DNA of 64,000 nucleotides, from NCBI GenBank assembly GCA_964016885.1, contig OZ024740.1, positions 390,848,001-390,912,000 on the forward strand, written 5' to 3'. The stretch is from Eledone cirrhosa. Taxonomy: Eukaryota. The position numbers were made by a program, and so were the translations under genes. This document shows, piece after piece, positions 24,920 through 36,737 of the stretch. The number at the start of each line of letters is the position of its first letter. The stretch's first letter is position 1. The notes beneath the pieces are model-generated. The model searched no databases. It was not told where the DNA came from and saw only the letters and a program-made list of their open reading frames with translations.

Positions 24920-27517
24920 AGAAAATGATGACAACAAAAAGCATCAATAATACTAATATGAATACTGTCTCCTCCACTACCAACACCAACACCATCACTG
25001 CAACAACAAATATAACAGAAGGAAACAACAAAAATAACACAGACAACAACGACAGCACCTGGCAACAACATAAACAACAATAACAACAACAACAGTAACA
25101 ATAAGAATAACAACAACAACAAAAGCGCAGATCTATGTGTGACCCCTCCAAACATAACACATACGAATCCGACAAAAAAAGGTGTTTCCTTCGCAAGAGC
25201 AAGCGGAAATGAATTAAGAGAAGCCAAAGAAATGTTTAAAAGGAGGGGTCACAATGTCAATCTCACACCTCAACACGACCTGCTGGAAAACGCGTTATGT
25301 TGTACGGTAACATGCCGTATAACTGGCGTGGAGTCACACCGGGTGGAGCGAGCCACAGAGACCCAGATCCAAAAGGCTTGCGGTTGCGTATGGGAACGCA
25401 AAACCCATATCGCCCGAGGAAGATGATTTGGGACTAGAAGAAGCGAGACCACACTCCCCAACAAATGAGCGAAGAAATCACTCTGCAGCCAACGTATAGT
25501 GGCCAAAGACTTGTACAAATAAGAGTAAGCCAGGTGCCGCCTACAATAGCTATCCCCTGGTTAGTGGCAGTGGTCCTTGGGGATGATGGGGAGAGCACAC
25601 AAACCCTCGAGGTGAAGAAAATGAAAATTAAAAACTGGTCAGGGTCTGGGATGGAACTTCTGCCCTCAGCAACAACCAAATAAACAAAAACCCTTTCCTA
25701 CCTACACCAAACTCCACACTGGCGCCATAAGTGGCCACAATATCACCAACGTAAACAATAGTAGAAGGTGCATCACCACCATCCACCACGCCAGAATAAA
25801 CACTCCTTGTAACAATACCAGAAAACATGCCCCACCCCTACACTCGAACATGCAGTGTAGCCGTGAGGGGAAGTGACAAATTATGAAAAAAGTGGACAAT
25901 TTGCCCACAAAACAATCAAATCCAAAAAAATACATCACACACATAAAACACACAAACACCAACACTAAGACAAATCTCCATAGTACCACCCAAACGACCA
26001 TCACTACCACCACCAACAGTAACACCACCAAGCTCACATCTATACCCAGCAACAACAACACAAAAGACAACGCCCAAATAGATCACACCACCAACAACAA
26101 ATACCGCAAAAACACATCAACTCCTCACACTACACAGCAATAAACATCAACAATAAACAATCTCCTCCACTACATACAATACAACACCAGCTTATCAGAA
26201 ACTATAAACACCAAAAAGAATTGCACCACCCACAAACATGAAAATTATTCCAATAGACCAAAGTACGTAAACAAAATTAAAAAAGAAATTCCCCAACGCA
26301 ATTGGGGACTTCCGTAGGCTAATATTAAGAACAATATATACGGACATTATTGTAAAAGAACCCACAACTGGCCAGAAGGACAAAGGTAAGTGGTCTTACC
26401 CACCTTTTCCCGCTCTTCATTCAACATGGCCTTACTCAAATTAGGTAAGTGGCCTGGGGTTGTCATGGAAGCAGGGTTACCTACTCAACTACCTCAGGTC
26501 ACTGAACATAGATGTGATAGCCATCAGCGAGACGAGAGTTTCCAAGGCACAAGCCTTAGCCTCCATTTTCGGCGGCTACAAGATGTATGCATCGCCAACC
26601 GTCCGGTATTGGATGCAGAGTCGCTGTGTTGTTTCGGAAACGCTTGGATCTCACGATACAGACCATCTTCCTTGACCCAGAAGGTAAGTAGGTAGTTGTG
26701 CTGGACGTGACCAGCAGCGAAGGCTATGCTTTCAGGCTAGTGGCTGTCTATGCCCGCCAGTAACAGGACGGCCTAATTTCTTCAGACGCCTTGAGACCTT
26801 TCCCGCTCTTTAGTGTTAGTTGGCAACTGGAACGGTATCTTAAATGCACGTTGGGATTGTGTGAGGCTAGCACATACAGGGGAGGATGTAAAAGTCTCGC
26901 AAATCTGCTCACACATTTCCAATTGTCTGACAGAAATCGATGGATTTCCCAAATATGCCAATATGGACATGGACAAATCGCTTCGGGTAATGCAGATCGT
27001 AAATAAATAGGGTATTTTGTAGGGAAGTATATATGGCTAACATAAGTTATCCACATTTCAAAATGGTCGACTACACAGACCACAAATTTGTAATCTATAC
27101 AGTCGACTTCGATAAGCTTCATAGACAGGGTCCAATTACTGGAAGCTGAACGCGTCCTTTCCGGTAAGCAAAACATACAGAGACAAGTTTAGTAAATTAG
27201 TTAAGCGTGCGTTGATGAAGGCAATCGTCAACAACAAATGGAGGTTTGCCCTGTAAAAGGGTGATTAGATTAGAATCAATAAGATTTACTAAAGGAGTAT
27301 TTTTAATGGGCTTTGTCAATGTGAGAACCTCCCTATTGGAGAATTTATTTTGTTTGAATTTTTTTTACATGTTTTCTTTGTTTTGTTATATGACTTTTTA
27401 CAGGCCAAAACCCACACTGTACCGTCCTGTACCGTCCTTAAAGTTGTATTCATGTGAGCCCTGCGTGGCTAATAAAGAAATCATTATTATTATTACTACT
27501 ATTATTATTATTATTAT
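24920..27517 (+). mobile_element. Tx1-clade LINE copy A, degenerate with large internal deletion
   Basis: ORF1 remnant RVERATETQIQKA; endonuclease remnant IDVIAISETR...YTDHKFV. Jumps to 3'UTR at ~27300 and ends aataaagaaatc(att)n. Confidence 0.85.
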
Positions 27518-30500
27518 TTCATTTATCTTGCTTTATGTTCATACGAGTTAACACCAAGTCACAACCACTGACCTCAAGAGACAACAAGGTCCGCCATGTT
27601 CAAGAAAAAACACATACACACATGCATGTATCTTTAGGTGTTTAGACTTGTGATGTACTTATATTGACAGAATCTTCCTTGGTATATGAGCAGTTCCTAT
27701 TAGTACTATTTTTTGTATTTCTTCTACACATGGGTTTCCTGGGATTTGGGGTAAGTAATCATTAGACCCCTTAGGTATCATTCCCAGAGCGCCTACAACC
27801 ACTGGTATTGTTTTAGTTCTCAACTTCCACATTTTTCCAATCTCTATCTCCAGGTCTTTATACTTGCTCAATTTTTCAAATGTTTTTTATAGATACATTC
27901 TTGTCTATTGGAACGGACATATCAATTAACAGGCATACCCTCTTTTTAAAGTACTTCAGTATTATATCAGGTCTATTTGCATCTAATTTTCGGTCTGTTT
28001 GGATGCTAAAGTTCCACAAAATTGAGATGTGACCTTTTTCAAGCGCGGGAAGTGGTTGATGCTCCCACCAATTCTCTTGATGGGACAAGTCAAAATGTTT
28101 ACACATTACCCAATGTATGTATTGTAAAAACTCTGTCGTGCCTGTTTGGGTATTCGGTTGGAGCTCTAGAGCTGCACATTGAAATTATATGATCAATGGT
28201 TGTTTTTTACATACACGGCACAATGGGTTGCATCCATTTTTTATGATGTTAGCTTGATAATTTTTTGTTGGCAGACACTGATCTTGTGCTGATATAATTA
28301 GTCCTTCAGTCTCCCATTTCAGTCTAGAGGATGCCAACCACTGATGGGTTAAAGTTTTGTCAACATCAGGATTGTTAGCTCTTTCTGGTTATTTTCCATA
28401 CAGAGGCTTTTCTTGCCATTTCTTAGCCAGTCTTTGTAGCAATTCTTTCTTTGCAGTTACTTTTACCTGCTTTGCTATTTCTGTGTTTTCCATTTCAGCA
28501 GTAAAGGGAACTTCTGAAATTTGTAGTCCATTACTGTATCTTTGTGCATCTTTTGTAATGGAGTATGATCTGTTGATGCTTTCGTGTTTCAAAACGAGTT
28601 TGATCATCCAATCATGTGATTCCCTTAGATATGTAGATAATCCAATTGTTGCAGTTTTCAAAGAAATATCTAACTGGATTAATCCACGCCCTCCTTCTAT
28701 CAAGCCTACGGATCTCTGTGCTTGACCAGTTGATGACATTGAAACTGTAAGTTACTACTGGTATGGCAAGTGTGTTTATAGTATCGATCCTATTCCTTGC
28801 ATTCAACTCCGTTCTTAAGATTGCTCTTACTCTGCGGTAACATTCCTTTCTTATCCTTTCCCTCATTGTCGAGTGTTTGATTCGATTCCGTCTCCTTCAC
28901 AAACACCTAGATATTTGTAAGTTTCCTTTTGATCAAGTTCTCATATCACATTCCCCCAATCAAGATTAATGTCTGAACTTCTCAGCAGGTTTCCTCTGGT
29001 GAACGTAGCTTTGGCGCATTTATCTAGTCCAAACTCCATTTTAATGTCATCACTGAACTGCTTCACAGTGGATAATAGCCCTTGCAATTGCTCATCATTT
29101 TTTGCGAATAGTTTCAGGTCATCCATGTAGAACAAGTGATTAATGGTTTTGTCATAGACTTTATATCCATGTTTTGTTTCATTGAGCATTTTACTTAATG
29201 TATAAGTGCGATGCAGAATAAACGCTATGATAAAGAGTCACCCTGAAAAATTCCACAATTAATATTAACTTCTCCAGCTTCCAGTGATTTTTTTCCCTAT
29301 TCAAAATGAGTGTTATTTTCCATGTCTTCATACTGAATGACAGGAACCTCCTGACAAATGGAGATATTTTGAAAATCTCTAAACACTTTTCAATCCAACT
29401 GTGTGGCAAACTATGAATTGCTTTTTTGTAATTTATCCAAGCAATTGATAGATTGTTGTGTCTATTATGACATCTTCCAGTATCATTTTGTTAAACAAAA
29501 GCTGATCCTTACAGCCATATGAGCCTCGTATACACCCTTTCTGCTCATTGGGAAATAGATCATTTGTTATCAGGTGATCATATGTATATTCAGTTAGGAT
29601 TGATGTTAAGATTTTATACATTGTGGTCAAGCAAGTTATCGATCTGTAATTGTTGGGGCTTATTTGTCTCATCATTCTTCGGAAGTAAGAATGTAATGCC
29701 GTTAACTAGCCATGACGGTATCTTTTCTGGCTCCTTAACCATTTGATTGTAAAGTTGGGCTAACAGCTCATGAGACTCTGAGAAGGCATTTATCCAAAAA
29801 TTTGTTATTTTGTCTTTCCCTGGAGATTTCCATTTGCTGGATTTTCTAAGAGCTAAACGCAGATGCTCAACTGTTATATTTTCCCGTGTTTGTTCCTCAA
29901 GGTGAACTGTATCTTTCATTTGTCTGTCTATCCATGGAGCATGTATATTATGAACTTTTTATTCGGCCCAGATCTTTTTCCAGAATTCTTGAACTTCCTC
30001 CTTGGGTAGTATTGATTTAGCAGTTATTGTTGACTTGCCAATTTTTCTGTAGAAGTTTTTTTGGCTGTTTTTTAACATATTATTGTCCTTATAGAATCTA
30101 GAGCGTTTTCCAAAGCGCCTTATACGAGCAGCTTTGGTCGATACTCTTTGCTTGATTGTTTCTGTCATCATGTCTATGTCGCTTGTTGATTTTATATTGT
30201 ATTTTCTTTTCAATTTTCTAAGTTTAGTTTGTTTAACATGTTCACCTACTTTGTAGTTTGCTAAAATTTCTATGTTAGATCGGAGAAGGTTTATTTGGCG
30301 ATTGATGTTCTCTTGACAAGTAAGTTTTTGTGGGCATTCCTTTGTTTCTTCATTTTCACTCTACATAAGTGAGTAGTGACTTTAGCCGATGCATAGTGGT
30401 GATGATTTACATCAGTAATGTTTAGCTTATTTGTGGTGATAATGTCTTTGAGAGCTATGCGAGTCTTGTGTATTATCCTCTGGTTTTGTTTGGAGTTATG

Positions 30501-31320
30501 GATCTTAGAGAGGGTGTCCCGTTCCTCCATGTCAGATTCTTTCATTTTCATCCATTCGATCATAATTTCATTCTTCAAGTTGGCGAGTTCATCCACATCC
30601 ATTTCTTTATCATTGATGATCTCCTCATTGATTTCAATTTCCTTTCGATGACTTTACGCTAATTGCTTGATCTGATCAATTTCTATGTCAGTTAGTAATT
30701 TCTTCTTAACAATGTTTCTTCATATATTATCTAGTTTGTTACTGTCAATATAATCTCTGTTTTCAGGATGTTTCTTTTTCCAGTTGATATATGTCTGTTC
30801 TGTATTCGATTTATTTGTTGGGCAGTACATGGCAGTGTAGAAAGCCTCAAGGACTTCTTTATTGTCTTCCCTTGACCATTTTTCTCTCTTTTTCTTTGGA
30901 TTTCTTGGTGGTGAGCATGGAGTGCCATCGGTTGGAGTATTCCAGTTGTGGGGGGTCTCCAGCTCCGAATTGATGGGAAGGTTTGAACCATTAGCTGATT
31001 TTTCGACCCCAGTCCGCTTCCTCTCTGAGGGACGCTGCCAGTGTTGACCCGGGTGACGACTGATCCGGTATGAGTTTTTATCATTTGACATCGGATTTAT
31101 TTTGTTGTGGTGGTGGTGGTGGTGGTGGTAGTGAAATTGCCGTTTTGGGGCTGTCGTATTTAGTGTACGCAGAAGGGTTCTCTTCCATTTATAACCATTT
31201 TCTTTTTTTAATATAAAATTTCTAATACAAAATTAGATATTTGAGCCATATGCCAGGGTATTATGGGATCTCATTTCCTGAGAGCGAAGGCTGATGCCTT
31301 ATGTCCCATTTGCAATAAGA
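27518..31320 (-). mobile_element. Dong/R4-clade non-LTR retrotransposon copy 1, near full-length, frameshifted
   Basis: N-terminal KKKREKWSREDN; RT SPGKDKITNFW, YRSITCLTTMYKILT, EQKGC...CKDQLL, HLFYMDDLKLFA; RLE RPDII...LIDMSVP...KYKDL...IPVVVGALG. ATT repeats at both ends. Confidence 0.9.
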
Positions 31321-31439
31321 ATTATTATATCACAATTGTTTTAGATATGTAAAAAAACAAAAACTTACGGGGGAGAATCCATAACAACCTAGCCACCACG
31401 TGCGTATTCTTCATTGTTATATTATTATTATTATTATTA

Positions 31440-33234
31440 CAGTTGCATTTATCTTGCTTTATGTTCATACGAGTTATCACCAAGTCACAACCAGTGACCT
31501 CAAGAGACAACAAGGTCCGCCATGTTCAAGAAAGAACATACATACACACACATGCATCTTTAGGTGTTTAGACTTGTGATGTACTTATATTGACAGAATC
31601 TTCCTTAGTATATGGGCAGTTCCCATTAGTACTATCTTTTGTATTTCTCCTATACGCGGGTTTCCTGGGATTTGCGATAAGTAATCATTAGACCCCTTAG
31701 GTATCATTCCTAGAGCGCCTACAACCACTGGTATTGTTTTAGTTCTCAATTTCCACATTTTTCAAATTTCTATCTCCAGGTCCTTATACTTGCTCAATTT
31801 TTCAAATGTTTTATAGATACATTCTTGTCTATTGGAACGTACATATCAATTAGCAGGCATACCCTCTTTTTAAAGTCCTTCAGTATTATATCAGGTCTAT
31901 TTGCATCTATTTTTTGGTCTGTTTGGATGCTAAAGTTCCACAAGATTGAGATGTTTTCTTTTTCAAGTATGGGAGCTGGTTGATGCTCCCACCAATTCTT
32001 TTGATGGGGCAGGTCATAATGTTTACACATTATCCAATGTATGTATTGTGCAGCTCTGTCATGCCTGTTTATGTATTCGGTTGGAGCTATAGGACTGCAC
32101 ATTGAAATTATATGATCAATGGTCTCTGGTTGTTTATTACATACACGGCATAATGGGTTGCATCCATTTTTTTATTATGTGGCTTGGTAATTTTTTGTTG
32201 GCAGACACTGATCTTGTGCTGATATAATTAGTCCTTCAGTCTCCCATTTCAGTCCAGAGGATGCCAACCACTGATGGGTTAAAGTTTTGTCAACATCAGG
32301 ATTGTTAGCTCTTTCATACAGAGGCTTTTCTTGCCATTTCTTAGCCAGTTTCTGTAGCAGTTCTTTCTTTGCAGTTACTTTCACCTGCTTTGATATTTCT
32401 GTGTTTTCCATTTCAGCAGCAAATGGGACTTCTGAAATTTGTAGTCCATTACTGTATCTTTGTGCATCTTTTGTAATGGAGTATGATCTGTTGATGCTTT
32501 CGTGTTTCAAAACGAGTTTGATCATCCAATCATGTGATTCCCTTAGATATGTAGATAATCCAATTGTTGCAGTTTTCAACGCAATATCTAACTGGATTAA
32601 CCCACCTCCTCCTTCTTTCCTAGGGAGATGTATTCTATCTGTATCTGCCTTAGGGTGGTGCATTCTGTGCATGGTTAAGAATTTTCTAATTTTTGTATCG
32701 AGCCTACGGATCTCTGTGCTCTGACCAGTTGATGACATTGTAACTGTAGGTTACTACTGGTATGGCAAGCGTGTTTATGGCATCGATCCTATTCCTTGCA
32801 TTCAACTCCGTTCTTAAGATTGCTCTTACTCTGCGGTAACATTCCTTTCTTATCCTTTCCCTCATTGTCGAGTGCTTGATTTCGTCTCCTTCACAAACAC
32901 CTAGATATTTGTAAGTTTCCTTTTGATCAAGTTCTCTTATCACATTCCCCCGATCAAGATTAATGTCTGAACTTTTCAGCAGCTTTCCTCTGGTGAACGT
33001 TGCTTTGGCGCATTTATCTAGTCCAAACTCCATTTTAATGTCATCATTGAACTGCTCTACAGTGGATAATAGCCCTTGCAATTGTTCATCATTTTTTGCA
33101 AATAGTTTCAGGTCATCCATGTAGAACAAGTGATTAATGGTTTTGTCATAGACTTTATATCCATGTTTTGTTTCATTGAGCATTTTACTTAATGGAATAA
33201 GTTCGACGCAGAATAAAGGCGGTGATAAAGAGTC
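31440..33234 (-). mobile_element. Dong/R4-clade copy 2, 5'-truncated within RT
   Basis: Closely similar to 27518-29240. CCHC (CRVC...DHIISMC) and RLE present. Breaks at DSLSPPLFC; (ATT)n at 31419-31439. Confidence 0.9.
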
Positions 33235-33235
33235 G

Positions 33236-34206
33236 TCAGTATCGGTGGAACATCCACCTCGGCGTTCTATAGAGGACTAGTGGAGGGGAAGAGCGACGAC
33301 ATTCTCGGAGATTTCCTGGGCCTCGAAGAAGATCAGCTGTTTGCTCTCTTCCGGAGAACTTTCAGCCCGAGGCCTATGGATAACTTCCAAAAATCCCTGG
33401 CCTGGCAGTGCTACGGGGGAGCGCTGCCGGTTCGAGATAAGCTCTACAGGCACGGAAGTGCCGTCAGCCGAGCCTGTCCGAGATGCGTGCAGAGCGACGA
33501 AACCGTTGTGCACGCACTCGTTCAGTGCCCGAGCATTGCTGACTTGTGGAGCTATGTCGAACAGTTGCTGTCGCGTGTGGGACTGATCCGGTTGTCGACT
33601 GAGTCCATTGTGCAGATGGTCTCGCCGTCTTCCTTCGAGGAGGAAGGGCAGGCGGTTTTCATCTGCCTGGTGGCCATGGCGAAAGAGATTGTGTGGTGGA
33701 CAAGGTTAAAAGGGTTAAAGACAGACACTTTCCTCTTCGGCGAATCCCTAATTAACTTTTTCAAGTTTCACTTGAAGAAGAAAATCAGGGTGGAGAGGCA
33801 AGTGCTGCCTTCTAGCAAGTTTGTTGAAAGGTGGGTGAATGTAGCGAGAATGGTCTGAGTGAACGGGACCACTCTGAATATACGTCTGTAGTTTGAGAGA
33901 TGGAAAAATTGAGAGAGGGCGCTTGCCCTGGTGGTCAGGGTGGCCGTGGTCTTTTGTGTGGTTTTCGCCACGAGTAACCCTCGGAGGTTTCCCCCCTATT
34001 GGAGAATTTTTCATTGTTTCAATTTTCATTTTTATTGTTTATATATATATATGTTTCTATGTCCTTTTTTTCTTTTCTTATATAAATAATAAAAATATTT
34101 ACACGCACAAAACCCACATCGTACCGTCCTGTACCGTCCTGTGCCGTCTGTAATGTTTTTCTTGATGTCAGCCCTTGTGGCCAATAAAGAAATCATTATT
34201 ATTATT
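33236..34206 (+). mobile_element. Tx1-clade LINE copy B, 5'-truncated
   Basis: ORF 33280-33858 with CPRCVQSDETVVHALVQC; 3'UTR ends gcccttgtggccaataaagaaatc(att)n. Confidence 0.9.
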
Positions 34207-34207
34207 G

Positions 34208-34407
34208 AATTGGCAGTATCGGTAGAGGGTTGGACGTCATAGTTTGATGCATAGAGTTACGGCCCTTGCCATTCTGAGTTCAAATCCCGCCTAGGTTAAC
34301 TTTGCCTTTCATCCTTACGGGGTCGATAAAATAAAGTACCAGTAATGCACTGGGATAATTGCTGGCCTTGTGCCAAAAGTAGGAACAATTATTATTATTA
34401 TTATTAT
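34208..34407 (+). mobile_element. SINE in the ATT tail of Tx1 copy B, with its own (ATT)n tail
   Basis: SINE consensus flanked by attatt repeats. Confidence 0.9.
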
Positions 34408-34625
34408 TGAATGCTATGGTTGACGGAGGCACGGCTCTGTAAGGTATTGTAAATTTTGAACGCTATAACAATTGTAAATTGTTTAAAACTTTAACGAACT
34501 TGTAGACAAAAACACCCTCCTCCTCGTGAGAGGGGCCTTTCTGTCCGTTATTTGGCCCTTCGGGGTTAAATAACTGCTTATTGGGCTTTTGTGCCCAATA
34601 TTTATTTTAAACAAAAAAAAACAAC

Positions 34626-36702
34626 ATGGCTACGAAAAAGAATTTTCATAGGTCACTCCCACTCATTCCGTCTTCTTCTTCCTCAATCATCACTACAGCA
34701 GAGAGAAGATTGTCTCTCTCCCTCCCTTCTCTTTCGCAAGCAACGACAGAAAAGAAAAGTCTCGTGCAAAGCGTGCAAGATTTCTCCACGACGACGACGA
34801 CAACGACGAAACAGGTGTGCGGGAAATACGAAAACCCATTTCATTCGTCTGACGTCAGGAATAATAGCAGTAGCAGCCGTAATAACAACAGCAACAGTGA
34901 CAATGAAAACAACAGTAGCAGCCGCAACAGCATCACCAGCAGCATAAACAACAACAGCATTAGCAGCAGCAACACCAACAACAACCACAGCAACAGCGGC
35001 GGAGGCAGTAGTCGTAGTACCTGCAGCAACAACAAAAGTAACAGCAGCTCTGACGACAACAACAACAACAACAGCAGCAAAGAAAAACCAATCTCGTTTG
35101 CAGGTATTGCGAAGAACCTGGAAACAATCCTCATAACAAATGAGGAATTAGAGGAAGCGAAGAAGATGGTGACAAAGACTGGACACCGAGCAATCTGCAA
35201 GGCAGCGGAAAAATTTTTCGAAACCCAACAGCACTGTACGGTCAAGTACCGTACAGTGAGTACAAAATCCCGTAGGGTTGAAAGAGCCACAGAGGCTCAA
35301 ATACAAAAAGCCTTGGGGTCTGTGTGGCAGCGGAAAACGCACATCACCCGAGGCAAAAAATATGCCACCGTAGACGTACTTTTTGCCACACCCCAGGAGG
35401 CAAAGGCTCAATCCGTAGTGACCCTAAGGAGCGAGGAAATGGTGTTGGTGCCCTCCTACTGCGGGCAAAAAATTGTGAGGGTCAAACTGACCCACGTCCC
35501 CCCCGGGATGGCCCCTTCTTGGCTGGCCGCGTCTGTCCTCGTCGGAATCGAGGACAAAACAACTGTACTGCAAGTACAGAAAAAAGTAAGAGAAGATTGG
35601 GTCGGCACCTCCATTGAGATGCTAATCCAAATCAACCAGGAGTGCATCGAAGCTATCCCGGATGTGATAGACTTCGATAACGGCACTCAACTGCCCATAA
35701 GTGTTGAGGGCAAACGCCCGAAATGCTTTCGCTGTGGATCGAAGACTCACCTCAGGGCCTTCTGCAACGAGAAGACCCTGAGAAAGGAGAAAACCCCCCT
35801 CCTTCCGAAACCGGCTCCACGGCTGCCAGCAACAGGACAAGCGGCAACCAGGAACGATAGGTCCGTGGCACCCATACCCACGCCACGGAAATCAAAAACA
35901 GCAGCAGCAGTGGAAATATTAACAACAACAACAGCAATATCAAATGCAGCTGCAACAGAGACTCCAGTGCAAACATCACCAACAACAACAAGTGAAAGAG
36001 TGGAGCTGGTACCCCTCCCCGACCTCACAGAATCAGACATGGAGTGTGAGGTGGGAGAGGGATGGCAAAAGGTCGTAAGAAGGCACAAACGCAGAAGCAG
36101 CGCATCGTCGCCTTTGAAAAGGGAGGAAAGAAATGAGAAACGGGTAAAGTCTACTGCAAAGAGACTCACAGCAGCAACACCACCAACACCATCACCACCC
36201 ACACTAGCACCACCATCACCACCGGCGAAAACCCCACCGCCAACAACACCTTCAACACCACCACCACAAGCACCAACATCGCAAACACAACAACAAAACA
36301 CACACACCCAGCAACAACGACAAGAAAATAGCAGAACCACACCCCACCCCCAGAAAAACAAATGCACGGCAATAAATACACACAACAAGAAACTAATGAC
36401 TTACATAATTGAACACAGACATTTCACAACACGACTACATAAGACCAGCACCAATCAAAACGCCAACTAACATAAGACTGCTAAAAATAGCACAAAAACA
36501 ATACACAAACATTAAAACGAAATTCCCCAACGCAGTTGGTGATTTCAGGGACCTAGGAGGAACTATCAATCGAAGAGTATATTCAGACATACTCATAGAA
36601 GAGCCGACGACCAGCCGAAGGGACGATTCAACGGTCCCTTCACCAGACGATCAAGTGAAAAGGGATGTAAAAACCATCCCTCCTCTACGAAAAGTACGGT
36701 AA
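34626..36702 (+). pseudogene. Tx1 ORF1 (gag-like), N/S/T-rich N-terminus, CCHC knuckle, probable frameshift near 36400
   Basis: 614-aa ORF with CFRCGSKTHLRAFC. The conserved C-terminal KFPNAVGDFR (also in copies A and E) is in the overlapping frame 36409-36702. Confidence 0.8.
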
Positions 36703-36737
36703 GTGGTCTTTCCCATCTTTTCCACTCTATTTTAAAC

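Noticed and set aside
34515-34545. HDV-like ribozyme (cctcctcgtg resembles the L3 loop)
   Set aside because: I could not build P1, P1.1 and P2 in the required order; kept only as a hairpin.
35747-36388. 213-aa antisense ORF and other antisense ORFs over the Tx1 copies
   Set aside because: These are shadow frames of AC-rich or GC-rich Tx1 coding sequence and are not conserved between copies.
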